64,000 nt of DNA from Bacteroidetes bacterium GWA2_40_15 (GCA_001768195.1 MENI01000052.1:235-64234); one strand, 5' to 3'; positions 40,079 through 50,150 are shown, counted from the stretch's first letter. Translations and numbers: made by a program. The notes: generated from the letters alone by a model not told the origin.

Positions 40079-41218
40079 TTAACTTACTCCAAACCGATCC
40101 AGTTTATAAAACCTTGCAGCGTTATCCCAGTAAATCTTTTTAAGAGATACCTCATCGAGTCCTATACCATCTATTTTCCATTTTCCCTGGATAGGGGTGG
40201 GGTGATCGAACACTTTATCAGTTGTCTGTAAATACCTCCAGTGTATTTCATAGAACTTCCTGTGTTCTTCAACAGTGAAATCTTTGCATGGTCCTGCCCC
40301 CTGAACATCACATTCCGACCAGTATGCCAGATCGGTTCCGAACATGATACGATCCTGGTTCCTGGTGAAGAACTCATGTCCCTCCCCGGAAGGGTGTTTC
40401 CCAAGTTCTCCAATACGGGCTGCAGTGTCGATCCATAGATTAGGGATTTCGTCGAGCCATCTGCCAACAGCTTTTATGTTTTCTGAATATCCTGCTACAT
40501 GTACTGCAACAAACTTAACGCCAGTGAATTTCCTGTAAACATTATTAACCTGCTCAAACAATGTTTCGAGAGGCGGATATTTGTTTGGGTCGGCAAATGA
40601 CCATTCAGGATGCAGCTCCAGCTCCTCCCATCTTTCGTTGCCTGGCTCCCATGGCTTGAAAAATGCTACCGGATCACCTGTATGGAAAGCTACCGGAATT
40701 CCAAGCCTTTCAGCCCTTTCCCATATCGGAAACAATCTTGGATCGTCAATTGCAATAAGTTTGCCTTCACTGTCTTTAGCATTAAGCCCAAGCTGTTTCA
40801 GGTTTTTCAGGGCTATTGCACCTGCCCTGACTGCTTTCTCAAGCATATCAGGAGCTTTGCTGAAAAAATCCGGATCGCTTTCTGCCAGAGACCAGTCGTA
40901 AGTGTAATGCAAACCTATCCTGTTCCTGTAAGGTTTAAAAGCTTCAGCCAGTTCATAAAAAGCCTTGTCGCCGGTATAGAGGTCATCCCCTTTTCCTGAC
41001 AGAGAGGCAATGACTACAGCATAACGGATCAGGTTATCATCCATAACCTGCAATGCTTTCTTTACCTTATCTGGTGTAATATGAACATGAGCATCTATTA
41101 CCCTTCCTCCGGCCGGTTTTATGTCATTCTGATCAGGTCCGCACCCGGAAATACCTGCCAGTGAAATAGACGCTGCTGCCATACCAGTCTGTTTAATAAA
41201 ATTTCTTCTGTTTATCAT
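40079..41218 (-). CDS. Amidohydrolase_2 family protein, Tat (lipo)protein
   Basis: NRRNFIK; IDAHVH, FHTGDP, DTAARIGELG and DRIMFGTD motifs. Confidence 0.88.
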   Translation of the reverse strand: MINRRNFIKQTGMAAASISLAGISGCGPDQNDIKPAGGRVIDAHVHITPDKVKKALQVMDDNLIRYAVVIASLSGKGDDLYTGDKAFYELAEAFKPYRNRIGLHYTYDWSLAESDPDFFSKAPDMLEKAVRAGAIALKNLKQLGLNAKDSEGKLIAIDDPRLFPIWERAERLGIPVAFHTGDPVAFFKPWEPGNERWEELELHPEWSFADPNKYPPLETLFEQVNNVYRKFTGVKFVAVHVAGYSENIKAVGRWLDEIPNLWIDTAARIGELGKHPSGEGHEFFTRNQDRIMFGTDLAYWSECDVQGAGPCKDFTVEEHRKFYEIHWRYLQTTDKVFDHPTPIQGKWKIDGIGLDEVSLKKIYWDNAARFYKLDRFGVS

Positions 41219-42597
41219 TTCTTTGAACCTCTGTATTCACCTATTTTACCATATACTTCCGATCTTCTGTCTTTTCTCCAAACGCCGTCCCAAACTCCCA
41301 GTCCTGCATTGCCTATCCAGTACCACTGCGGATTGAAATTAAGGTCAATTGTTTCAGTAAGAAGAGTGCCCTGGGTTCCGCTCTCCTGCAGGATATCGCC
41401 TGCCGGATTAACAATTACACTATGTCCGTCAAATATATTGGTTACGAAAAAGACACCATTGTCAATTGCACGGCTTCGGGCTGTAACTTTCCATGCTTCA
41501 GTGGTTCCCCTTACATCTCCCCATATTGGGCAGAGAAGCATCTCAGCTCCGTTCAGCGCAAGGCTTCTTGAGATTTCCGGGAAAGCTATATCCCAGCAAA
41601 TAAGTATGCTTATTTTCCCAAAATCGGTTGTAAAGACGGGAAAAGTGGTTCCGGGTACTGCCCCCTGCTCTGTTTCTGAGTCGGGAAGCTGAACCTTTTC
41701 ATAGATGCCCTGTATTTTGCCTTGTCTGTCATATAGTGCAGCAACATTCTTCAATGTATCCCCTTTCCAGCTGTACAGGCCTGATACAATGTACATTCCA
41801 TATTCTTTGGCTTTTGCCGACATCATCACTGATGCGCTGCCTTCAAGCGTGTTTGCTTCCACTTTCTGCATTCCAAGTCCTGTATCGCAGGTAGGCCATC
41901 CTTCAGGAAGGCAGACAATATCGCAGCCAGCTTTACCTGCCTTATCGAGCATATCGCTCATCATAGCTACATTCTTTTCAACTGTAGGTCCTGGCGGACG
42001 GAAATACATGGTCCCGACTTTTACATTGCGGGGAGGCACATCGGCACATGGCTCCAGTAAGATATCATCCCACCATAGCGTACCTGTACTCCAGCGGAAT
42101 ACCAGCGATATCTCAGCTGTTTCTGCTCCCTTAACGGCTTTGATCTTATCAGAAGCAAGAAGCCATCCATCCTTATCATCTGTTATATGATAGATATAGT
42201 TGTACCCAACCTGCTCTCTCCCTTTAAACCACTTAACCCTGATAAGCACACTCTTATCAATAGAGGTGATTTTCTCTGCCCTGAATCTTGCATTGAACTG
42301 GTAAGTCTGCCCTTCTCTGATCTGAACTATCTGTACTACTTTCCCCTGTCCGTTTGGATTAGTGCTTTCCATTTTCAGGCTGTACTTTTCACTGAATTTC
42401 ATTTTGCTGTCAATGGATACTGAAGGTAACATTGTTGCAATCGGGCCGGTAATAGTCCAGCTTTCAGGTTTTCCTGCAGAATCCTCAAATCCCGGATTTT
42501 TTACCAGGTTAACTGCCATCATACCATAAGAAATTGATTGACATATAATAAAAAACACTGATAGCCAGCTTATTGCATAAATTTTTCTCATAGTCAT
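41215..42597 (-). CDS. Carbon-nitrogen hydrolase with N-terminal CBM4/9-like domain
   Basis: NLVKNPGFE start of galactose-binding-like domain; E-K-C triad in LPEG, YEKVQ and ICWD; ARSRAIDN. Confidence 0.85.
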   Translation of the reverse strand: MTMRKIYAISWLSVFFIICQSISYGMMAVNLVKNPGFEDSAGKPESWTITGPIATMLPSVSIDSKMKFSEKYSLKMESTNPNGQGKVVQIVQIREGQTYQFNARFRAEKITSIDKSVLIRVKWFKGREQVGYNYIYHITDDKDGWLLASDKIKAVKGAETAEISLVFRWSTGTLWWDDILLEPCADVPPRNVKVGTMYFRPPGPTVEKNVAMMSDMLDKAGKAGCDIVCLPEGWPTCDTGLGMQKVEANTLEGSASVMMSAKAKEYGMYIVSGLYSWKGDTLKNVAALYDRQGKIQGIYEKVQLPDSETEQGAVPGTTFPVFTTDFGKISILICWDIAFPEISRSLALNGAEMLLCPIWGDVRGTTEAWKVTARSRAIDNGVFFVTNIFDGHSVIVNPAGDILQESGTQGTLLTETIDLNFNPQWYWIGNAGLGVWDGVWRKDRRSEVYGKIGEYRGSKK

Positions 42598-42605
42598 ATC
42601 TTATA

Positions 42606-42681
42606 TCTTTTGTCTTTTGTCTTTTGTCTTTTGTCTTTTGTCTTTTTCCATAGGCCTTCCGCCTTTCGCCCTTCGCCTTCT
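42606..42681. repeat. Two adjacent heptamer tandem repeats: (TCTTTTG)5 and (GCCYTYC)4
   Basis: Five perfect TCTTTTG units at 42606-42640 plus one imperfect; gccttcc gcctttc gcccttc gccttct at 42654-42681. Confidence 0.9.
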
Positions 42682-43606
42682 ACCCTGTTATCCAATCATA
42701 CGTACAACCCTGGTTGAAATGAATTGTTTCAATATCAGGATATTTCTGTTTAATAATCTGGTTGAGCGACCTCATTCCCATTTCTTCGCTTACTCCATGG
42801 TTTATTACGATCAGGGGGTGTCCGGTGTCAGCTGCAAATACAGTCTGAATATGAGTTCTCACCACATCATCGATGGCAATGAACACATCAGGATTGAGGT
42901 CTGCAAAATCCATCGGATCGCAAATCCATCCGGTTCCGACTCCAACACTGGCTACCTCTCTTGACGGATCACCATAAAAAGCGACTCCGGGTTGGCCAAT
43001 TTCCCTGAGTTTGCCGGCAAGAGCTGTCGCAAAAGATGAAGCAGTCTGCTTTTTAAATTTATATACATTATAATATGTTCGTGATGCAATTATATCGCTG
43101 TTCCTGAATCCGAGGAATTGTCCTAATGCAAAAGGTATACCTTTATCCTGCAGGGCATCAAGCGTATCATGGTTTCTGATGATTACCAGACCATTATCAT
43201 TGATCCATTTCTTTTTCTTCTGAATCTGCGACATGTATTGCTCCTTTGTATAATCAGGCCATTTCTGAAGAAACTCCGGAACTTCGTCAAGATCCCTGTG
43301 AGTATAGAATGTCGGCTCATGCGTGATAAGAACATTCACCCCCGAATCAACAGCTTTCCTGCAGGTTTCCCAGTCTGACATCCAGCATGTGCCAATCTTA
43401 TTAACAACTGTATCAGGATTTCCTATGATGATGCGGTCAACTGTATCGCTCTTCAGCTGCACATGCGAAGTCAGGAACTGTTGTAGTAAGGCAGCTGTTA
43501 AATCTGACCTGCTACTTGCTGAATGCGATACTGCTCCGGATGTTCCGGTGGCAGCCAGGTAGCTCCCTGAGAGCGCTGTGATCTTAATGAATTCTTTTCG
43601 TTTCAT
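42680..43606 (-). CDS. Nif3-like dinuclear metal-centre protein with Tat-like leader
   Basis: TVDRII.GNP, ITHEPTFY, RNHD and NHGVSEE motifs; MKRKEFIK leader. Confidence 0.8.
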   Translation of the reverse strand: MKRKEFIKITALSGSYLAATGTSGAVSHSASSRSDLTAALLQQFLTSHVQLKSDTVDRIIIGNPDTVVNKIGTCWMSDWETCRKAVDSGVNVLITHEPTFYTHRDLDEVPEFLQKWPDYTKEQYMSQIQKKKKWINDNGLVIIRNHDTLDALQDKGIPFALGQFLGFRNSDIIASRTYYNVYKFKKQTASSFATALAGKLREIGQPGVAFYGDPSREVASVGVGTGWICDPMDFADLNPDVFIAIDDVVRTHIQTVFAADTGHPLIVINHGVSEEMGMRSLNQIIKQKYPDIETIHFNQGCTYDWITG

Positions 43607-43656
43607 AATATTCAGATTGATCTTTATGCGGTATCTTAGCAGATATAAATGTACGA

Positions 43657-44769
43657 ATGATTTTATTAAACAGCGGTATCGGTAATTATGTTATAAGCAA
43701 TGGTAAGAGATATTCCTACTTTGGCGGGAATAATTATCTCGGTCTTGCCGGCCACCCTGCAGTTAAGGAGGCATCGATAAAAGCAACAGAGAAGTACGGA
43801 GTTAATTTTTCGGCTTCCAGGATCACTTCAGGAACAGCAGATATTCATCTGGAACTCGAAAGTAAATTATCAGAATTTAAAGGTAAGCAGGATGCGGTTG
43901 TATTTGCATCAGGCTATCTTGGAAACAGCATCCTGCTGGAAGTTCTTAAAGGAAGGTATACAGCCGTTTTCATAGATCAGTATGCCCATCCGAGTTTAAC
44001 AACAGCCCTGCACTGTGATAATAAAGATATCCATTACTATAATCATTGTGATGCTGAGCACCTTGAAGATCTTCTTGTTCGTCACAAGGGATCATCCCCT
44101 CTGATCATGACGGATGGGATTTTTGCATTAACAGGTGAAATAGCCCCGCTTGACACAATATATCCACTGTTGAAAAAATATAGTGCACTCCTGATCGTTG
44201 ATGATGCCCATTCAACCGGTATACTCGGGAAAAATGGCAAAGGTACCCCCGAGTATTTCAATCTTCAGGATGACGAAAATATCTTCCAGTCCGAAACAAT
44301 GAGTAAGGCTCTTGGTGGTTATGGTGGATTTATTTCAGGAAGTACGATTATTATTGATTCAATCAGGGAAAAATCAGCAATCTACCTGTCTTCCACCGCC
44401 CTTCCTCCATCTGTAGTAGCTGCAGGTATAGCATCACTGGAGATTATAAAGAATGAACCGGGACTTCGTGTTCAGATGCTTCACAGAGCCTCCGGACTGA
44501 GAAAAGAGATTGCCGGCCTGGGTTTCTATACCAACAAGGATGAGACGCCGATAATACCGGTCATGTTTTCAGAGAAGCACAAGGCAATGGGACTTTCTTC
44601 TTTTCTTGAAGATAGCGGGATTATCGTTCCATTCATGAATTATCCGTCAAAACAGGATTTACACATACTCAGAATAGCTGTTTCTGCCGGTCATACAGAT
44701 AGCCAGGCAGATGAATTGACAGGGTTGCTGAAAAAGTGGAAGAACAGGAATCAGGTTGGCTCTACATGA
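43657..44769 (+). CDS. Class II PLP-dependent alpha-oxoamine synthase (BioF/Kbl family)
   Basis: NNYLGLA, ASR..SGT..H..LE, DDAHSTG and TMSKALG motifs. Confidence 0.88.
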   Translation: MILLNSGIGNYVISNGKRYSYFGGNNYLGLAGHPAVKEASIKATEKYGVNFSASRITSGTADIHLELESKLSEFKGKQDAVVFASGYLGNSILLEVLKGRYTAVFIDQYAHPSLTTALHCDNKDIHYYNHCDAEHLEDLLVRHKGSSPLIMTDGIFALTGEIAPLDTIYPLLKKYSALLIVDDAHSTGILGKNGKGTPEYFNLQDDENIFQSETMSKALGGYGGFISGSTIIIDSIREKSAIYLSSTALPPSVVAAGIASLEIIKNEPGLRVQMLHRASGLRKEIAGLGFYTNKDETPIIPVMFSEKHKAMGLSSFLEDSGIIVPFMNYPSKQDLHILRIAVSAGHTDSQADELTGLLKKWKNRNQVGST

Positions 44770-45599
44770 ATGGTTACATTCAGATTCCGGTACACACTTG
44801 TAAGCTCATTTTCAATCTTGTCGCAATATGTATGCGCATCACCAACTGAAACTTTTTCAGGTATCTGGATATGGAGATCAATAAACAGATAGTTTCCTGC
44901 CATCCTTGTCCGCAGGTCGTGATAATTTACTTCAAGGTTTCTCAGCCTGTTTTCCAGTACCTCAATATCTTCATCTTTCCATGCTGTATCCAGAAGAGGG
45001 CTGAAAGCCCTTTTAAGCAGGTTGTATGACTCAAAGATTATAAAGCCTGCAACTACGATAGCAACAACCGGATCGATCCATTTTATTCCTGTAAGCATTA
45101 TCAGTACAAGGCCTGCAGCTACGCCAAGGGATGTATATACATCAGTCTTAAGGTGCAGTGCGTCGGCTTCAAGGGCAACTGAGTTGGTTTCCCTGGCTAC
45201 TTTATATAATCGCCTGGAAACTAATATATTTACCAGTGCCGAAATGACCATTACAAGGGTTCCTAAACCAACAGATCCGAGTTCAAAGGGTCCACCGGTT
45301 AATTTTCTGACAGCCTCGTAAATTATCCAGATGGCAGCAACAAATATGAGCAATGCTTCTATCACCCCCGATATATTCTCAACTTTTCCGTGTCCGTAAG
45401 GGTGCCGTGAGTCGGGAGGATTATCCGAAACCTTTACTGAAAAGTAAGCGATAAGTGCAGCCACAAGGTCCATTGAAGAGTGTATAGCTTCAGATATGAT
45501 ACTGACCGATCCGCTTAATATCCCTGCAATTACCTTTAATATTATAAGTAAAGTATTGGAGAGAATCGATAAACGGGCTACACTAACTTTTGCCTTCAT
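44751..45599 (-). CDS. Cation diffusion facilitator family transporter
   Basis: SEAIHSSMD, HPYGHGKVE, ADALHLKTD and IHVEP motifs. Confidence 0.93.
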   Translation of the reverse strand: MKAKVSVARLSILSNTLLIILKVIAGILSGSVSIISEAIHSSMDLVAALIAYFSVKVSDNPPDSRHPYGHGKVENISGVIEALLIFVAAIWIIYEAVRKLTGGPFELGSVGLGTLVMVISALVNILVSRRLYKVARETNSVALEADALHLKTDVYTSLGVAAGLVLIMLTGIKWIDPVVAIVVAGFIIFESYNLLKRAFSPLLDTAWKDEDIEVLENRLRNLEVNYHDLRTRMAGNYLFIDLHIQIPEKVSVGDAHTYCDKIENELTSVYRNLNVTIHVEPT

Positions 45600-45620
45600 G
45601 TCGTTAAAATCAGCCGGATT

Positions 45621-46601
45621 CTATACAGACAAAATTTTTGCGAGTTCTATAAGATTACGATTTACATCTTTGTGAAGTTTTACCGCCCTTCGGAAAGGAA
45701 CAAGGGTTATCTCCCCGTTTGATATTCCTACCATCACACTTTTCTGGTCATCAATAAGCGCTTCAACAGCAGCATGTCCCAGACGGCTGGCATTAACCCT
45801 GTCGATAGCTGAAGGTGATCCGCCTCTCTGAAGATGACCCAGCACCGAAACCCTGATATCATATTCTTTAAAATCTTCCTTTACCGACTCGGCAATTGCA
45901 AATGCTCCTCCACCCTCATCTCCTTCAGCAACTATTATAATGTTACTTGATTTCTTGCGGGTGTTGCCACCTGCTATCATAGCTTTAAGATTCCTTTCTT
46001 CACCTTTTATCTCAGGTATTATTATCGCCTCAGCTCCACTGGCAATTCCGCTGTAAAGGGCAATGAATCCTGCTTCTGCACCCATAACCTCTACAAAGAA
46101 CATCCTGTTATGGGCGCTGGCAGTATCCCTGATCTTATCAACGGCTTCTACTACTGTATTGAGGGCTGTATCATAACCTATTGTATAATCAGTTCCAAAA
46201 ATGTCATTGTCAATGGTCCCGGGTATCCCCACAAATGGGATATCATACTCTTCATTGAATAATCTTGCTCCGGTAAATGAACCGTCACCACCAATTACAA
46301 CCACTCCGTCTATTCCTGCTCCCTTTAGATTACCATAGGCTTTGGCCCTTCCTTCCGGAGATCTGAATTCCTCGCATCTCGCGGTCTTAAGTATTGTTCC
46401 ACCTCTTTGAATAATATCACTTACACTATTGGCATACAGAGGTTTGAAGTCTGCATCTATCATGCCCTGGTATCCGCACATTATGCCCATTACCTCACGC
46501 CCTTCATAAATTGCTGTTCTTACTACTGCACGTATGGCAGCGTTCATTCCCGGGGAGTCTCCTCCTGATGTCAGTACCCCGATCTTCCTGATTTTTCCCA
46601 T
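45621..46601 (-). CDS. pfkA: ATP-dependent 6-phosphofructokinase
   Basis: LTSGGDSPGMNAA, GGDGS, PGTIDND and LGHLQRGG motifs. Confidence 0.96.
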   Translation of the reverse strand: MGKIRKIGVLTSGGDSPGMNAAIRAVVRTAIYEGREVMGIMCGYQGMIDADFKPLYANSVSDIIQRGGTILKTARCEEFRSPEGRAKAYGNLKGAGIDGVVVIGGDGSFTGARLFNEEYDIPFVGIPGTIDNDIFGTDYTIGYDTALNTVVEAVDKIRDTASAHNRMFFVEVMGAEAGFIALYSGIASGAEAIIIPEIKGEERNLKAMIAGGNTRKKSSNIIIVAEGDEGGGAFAIAESVKEDFKEYDIRVSVLGHLQRGGSPSAIDRVNASRLGHAAVEALIDDQKSVMVGISNGEITLVPFRRAVKLHKDVNRNLIELAKILSV

Positions 46602-46628
46602 TAAAAATTATGTTTTAAAACGAAGCCG

Positions 46629-46659
46629 CAAAGATAGTAATAATTCCATGCAAGGCAAA
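46629..46659 (-). promoter_or_regulatory. Bacteroidota sigma-A promoter for pfkA
   Basis: Minus strand TTTG-N19-TATCTTTG matches the -33/-7 consensus. Confidence 0.65.
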
Positions 46660-46679
46660 ACGTAACAATATATTAACAT

Positions 46680-47555
46680 TCAGATATTTGAAACAATATC
46701 CCTGATGTTTTCAATGAGCCATTTGGGGGTTGAGGTGGCTCCGCATACTCCTGCACTCGTTTTTCCTTTGAACCACGTCATATCCAGATCTGCTGCTGAT
46801 GATACAAAGTAGGTGTGAGGATTTACCGATTTACAAACCTGATAGAGCATTTTTCCATTGGAACTTTCATAGCCGCTCACGAATATAATTATATCGTGGT
46901 TCCTTGAAAAATCCTTCAGGTGAGGCTCCCTGTTTGAGACCTGCCCGCATATCGTCCTGTTTACTTTAAGCAGTTTATCCGGATTTCTTTCACCATTCTC
47001 GCGGATCTTATTCCTGATGGTATCAGCCAGCATATTATAATCCCTGACACTCATGGTAGTTTGTGAAAAGAGACTTACCGGCCGCGTAAAATCAATTTTA
47101 TGCAGGTCCTCAATCCTGCTAACCAGAATTCCATTATTACCTATCTGTCCGAGAAGTCCGATAACCTCAGCATGCGCCGGTTTTCCGAAAATGACTACCT
47201 GTGTTTTACCTTCATGGTTTTTTGTCCATGAATCTTTTATTCTCAGCTGAAGCTTTTTAACTATGGGGCAAGTGGCCTCAATTATAATAATATTATTCTT
47301 CTGTGCAGTAAGGTATGTTTCAGGAGGTTCTCCGTGAGCCCTGATGAGCACCTTGCAATCCCTGAGTTCCCTGAATTCATCATGGTTGATGCATACAAGC
47401 CCCATGGCAGATAACCTTTTCACTTCCATATCATTATGCACAATGGGACCAAGCGAGTATACCTTTTCTCCCTCAAGGAGTGCCTTCTCTGCTATCTCAA
47501 CCGCATTCTGAACGCCAAAGCAGAACCCCGACTTTTTATCAATTTCTACCTGCAT
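46680..47555 (-). CDS. ispH: 4-hydroxy-3-methylbut-2-enyl diphosphate reductase
   Basis: GFCFGV, IVHN, RAHG, ATCP, SQTT, TICGQV, SSN and GATSTP motifs. Confidence 0.96.
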   Translation of the reverse strand: MQVEIDKKSGFCFGVQNAVEIAEKALLEGEKVYSLGPIVHNDMEVKRLSAMGLVCINHDEFRELRDCKVLIRAHGEPPETYLTAQKNNIIIIEATCPIVKKLQLRIKDSWTKNHEGKTQVVIFGKPAHAEVIGLLGQIGNNGILVSRIEDLHKIDFTRPVSLFSQTTMSVRDYNMLADTIRNKIRENGERNPDKLLKVNRTICGQVSNREPHLKDFSRNHDIIIFVSGYESSNGKMLYQVCKSVNPHTYFVSSAADLDMTWFKGKTSAGVCGATSTPKWLIENIRDIVSNI

Positions 47556-48240
47556 TAATCTTTTTTTCGATTATCTCTCTTACCCATTGCATCTGTGCAT
47601 CAACAGTCATCCTGCTGTTGTCTAAGACTATTGCATCATCGGCCCTTCTGAGAGGACTTATATCCCTGTTCTCGTCTGCTATATCACGTGCAATTATACC
47701 TCTTTTTATCTCTTCAAAATCAATGTTTATACCTTTTGCTTTCAGTTCATCATAACGTCTTCTGGCCCTGATATCAGCCGCTGCAGTCATGAATATCTTA
47801 AGATCTGCATCGGGGAATACAACCGTACCGATATCCCTTCCATCCATAACAATTCCCTTGAATGCTCCGATCTGCCTCTGAAGTTCAACCATTCGTGCAC
47901 GTACTTCAGGTATCTGGCTTATCCTGCTCACATATGAAGTTACCTCCATATTCCTTATCTCTGCCTCTACATTTTCCGAGTTCATGAAAGTTTCGTGGGT
48001 ATTAATATCAGGATTATAGATAAAGTCAATATTGATATCTTTCAGCTCTTCGAGTATGCCTCGTGTATTTAATCCCTGTCCGGAAATGAATTTTCTTCTT
48101 ATGCAGTAGAGTGTTACAGCACGGTACATTGCACCGCTGTCAATAAATATATAGTTAAGCTCCCTTGCTATCATTCTGGCAAATGTGCTTTTACCGCATG
48201 ATGAATATCCGTCGATTGCTATAATCAGTCTCTTTTCCAT
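47539..48240 (-). CDS. cmk: Cytidylate kinase
   Basis: IAIDGYSSCGKST, DSGAMYR and DGRDIGTVVFP; start at 48240 (MEKRL) more likely than 48276. Confidence 0.95.
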   Translation of the reverse strand: MEKRLIIAIDGYSSCGKSTFARMIARELNYIFIDSGAMYRAVTLYCIRRKFISGQGLNTRGILEELKDINIDFIYNPDINTHETFMNSENVEAEIRNMEVTSYVSRISQIPEVRARMVELQRQIGAFKGIVMDGRDIGTVVFPDADLKIFMTAAADIRARRRYDELKAKGINIDFEEIKRGIIARDIADENRDISPLRRADDAIVLDNSRMTVDAQMQWVREIIEKKINAGRN

Positions 48241-48282
48241 TTGCACAAAGGTTACAAATAAACCCCAATCATCCAAGATGGT

Positions 48283-49317
48283 TCATTTACGGCCGGACCT
48301 GTAAATCATATCCGGCCTCACAATAAGGGAAACATGATTGCTCGCTCCGGCCAGATGATAGGTAGCTCTTCCGAATTCAATGTCGATCCATGAAGTCTTT
48401 ATCCCGAATCCCCATGAAAATCCGACAGTTGAAACTTTTGAATCGACCTTCAGTTCGCTCCGGCGCTGGTGGTTATAGCCGGCGCTCAAATAAAAATTCC
48501 TGTGGGGGATAAGCTCGGTACCTATAATTACATGTCGCAGTATATTCTCAGCCAGGTCCGATTCTGATTCAGGTTGTTCACCCGATGAGGTGGGGGTTAT
48601 ATACTGATGGATGAGATCGAATTTCTCAAGATGCCTGAGAGTGAGAGAGAATCTGAACGGTGCATGTGCCAGCCTCTGGGAGACTCCGGCCTGGATCTCA
48701 AATGGCAGTTTCTGTTTTGGTTCTCCGGCATAGGATGTCAGCTGCAGCCCTATGTTTCTGACAGCCAGTCCTGCTGTGAAAAGTTTACTGCGGTTATGAT
48801 AGGATGCACCCAGATCCATCGCAAGTCCGAAGGAAGTATATCTTTCAAGATGGGATAAAACAGGTTTAAGATTCACTCCTATATTGAATAGAGAATCAAT
48901 TTCACGTGAAAAGATCATTGAAAAGGCGTATTCGGAAGCATTGAAGGTTCCGGTTATGATGCCCGATTCATCAGCTTCAGTGAACGACCCGTAGTTGAGA
49001 TAGGTAATGCCTCCGGCGAAATTACCAATACCACTGAAAGTCCGGGAATACATCGCCATCCCGTAATTGATACCGGCAAAATAGTTCACATAATTGAGGG
49101 CAACACTCTTGCTCATCGATGAATTTAAGAGTCCGGGATTGTGATAAACCATGTTCAGGTCATTACCGGCTATTGCAACATTTGAACCTCCCAGTGATGA
49201 AACAAAAGCTGAGTGAGTAAGATTCAGGAATTCATAGACATTATCCCCACCGGTCTGCGAAAATGAAGTAATTGACAGGGTGCTGAATATGAGTATATTT
49301 AGTGCTCTTTTAGGCAT
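48283..49317 (-). CDS. porQ: Type IX secretion system protein PorQ
   Basis: GGDNVYEFLNL, NPGLL, RLAHAPFRFS and GYNHQRRSEL motifs; usual position upstream of cmk; start at 49317 (MPKRAL) just below a TATCTTTG box at 49334-49341. Confidence 0.88.
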   Translation of the reverse strand: MPKRALNILIFSTLSITSFSQTGGDNVYEFLNLTHSAFVSSLGGSNVAIAGNDLNMVYHNPGLLNSSMSKSVALNYVNYFAGINYGMAMYSRTFSGIGNFAGGITYLNYGSFTEADESGIITGTFNASEYAFSMIFSREIDSLFNIGVNLKPVLSHLERYTSFGLAMDLGASYHNRSKLFTAGLAVRNIGLQLTSYAGEPKQKLPFEIQAGVSQRLAHAPFRFSLTLRHLEKFDLIHQYITPTSSGEQPESESDLAENILRHVIIGTELIPHRNFYLSAGYNHQRRSELKVDSKVSTVGFSWGFGIKTSWIDIEFGRATYHLAGASNHVSLIVRPDMIYRSGRK

Positions 49318-49450
49318 AATCGTCTTACAGGTGCAAAGATAGCATGATTTACAATAACGTGATGGCTGAACATATATTTCAAGGGATCGGTTATATTCAT
49401 AAACATCTGATTTCACACACTTGCGCGGTTTTAAAGATCAATTGAAACAT

Positions 49451-49618
49451 GGAGATCCCTCGCTTCGCTCGGGATGACAGGTAAGTTTAAAGGGGGAGAG
49501 GAAGAAGCGGCGATTCAGAAAAACTGAAGCTATTTATCATTTATTACTGCTGAATCGCCGCTTCTTCCTCCTTGAACAATAAAAACGATTGTCATCCCGA
49601 GCGAAGCGAGGGATCTCC
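49451..49618. repeat. 168-bp nested palindromic element, family C
   Basis: Perfect 29-bp outer IR ggagatccctcgcttcgctcgggatgaca (49451-49479 / 49590-49618) and perfect 21-bp inner IR (49498-49518 / 49550-49570). Confidence 0.92.
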
Positions 49619-49691
49619 CCCTGGTTATGCAATACTTAATTATAATTATACTTCTATCCAATAATTTATTAATTTAGTATTATAATCTTTT

Positions 49692-50150
49692 ATGCTACTT
49701 ATGTATAAAAAATTCACATGTGCAAAAGCAGTTACATTTGGACTGCTATTGCTTTGTGTCAGCATGTTGGTCCTGTTCCTGGCAGTAGGATATCCATGGA
49801 TTTCCGGGAACATTCATTCCATGGCAGATTTGATATCAAGGATATTTTTGGGGATAATTGTACCAGCATTTTCTCTTTGGTTGTGGTTTGGTACATTTTA
49901 TACAATAGAGCAAGATAATCTTACAGCAAGATCGGGCCCGCAGGTTTTTAAAATACCTGTCAGCCAGATTACTCATATTAGGCTTAATCAGAAAACTATC
50001 GGAGGATTATGGAAGCCAACCCTTTCATGGAACTCTATTAAGTTGGAGTATAAAGGATTTGATTCAATAAACATTTCACCTGAAAGACAGGATGAATTCC
50101 TGTCTGAATTAATGAAGATCAATCCGGATATTGAGATTAAGCCGGAATAG
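49692..50150 (+). CDS. Bacterial PH-domain membrane protein
   Basis: Two TM helices then TFYTI..L..RSG..IPVSQI...ISPERQDEF..L..INPDI. Confidence 0.75.
   Translation: MLLMYKKFTCAKAVTFGLLLLCVSMLVLFLAVGYPWISGNIHSMADLISRIFLGIIVPAFSLWLWFGTFYTIEQDNLTARSGPQVFKIPVSQITHIRLNQKTIGGLWKPTLSWNSIKLEYKGFDSINISPERQDEFLSELMKINPDIEIKPE

Noticed and set aside
42617-42964. 115-aa ORF starting MSFVFCLLSFS
   Set aside because: It is a translation of the heptamer tract and antisense to the Nif3-like gene.
1-44769. Classical polysaccharide utilisation locus
   Set aside because: No SusC/SusD pair or HTCS/ECF regulator in the window, and gene orientations are mixed.
43657-44769. Calling the gene bioF or kbl
   Set aside because: Family motifs are clear, but there are no biotin or threonine catabolism neighbours and the N-terminus is short, so the specific activity is unresolved.
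49318-49416. Cys-rich N-terminal extension of PorQ in the ORF track
   Set aside because: A TATCTTTG promoter box lies within it and a signal peptide starts at 49317, so the extension is probably not translated.
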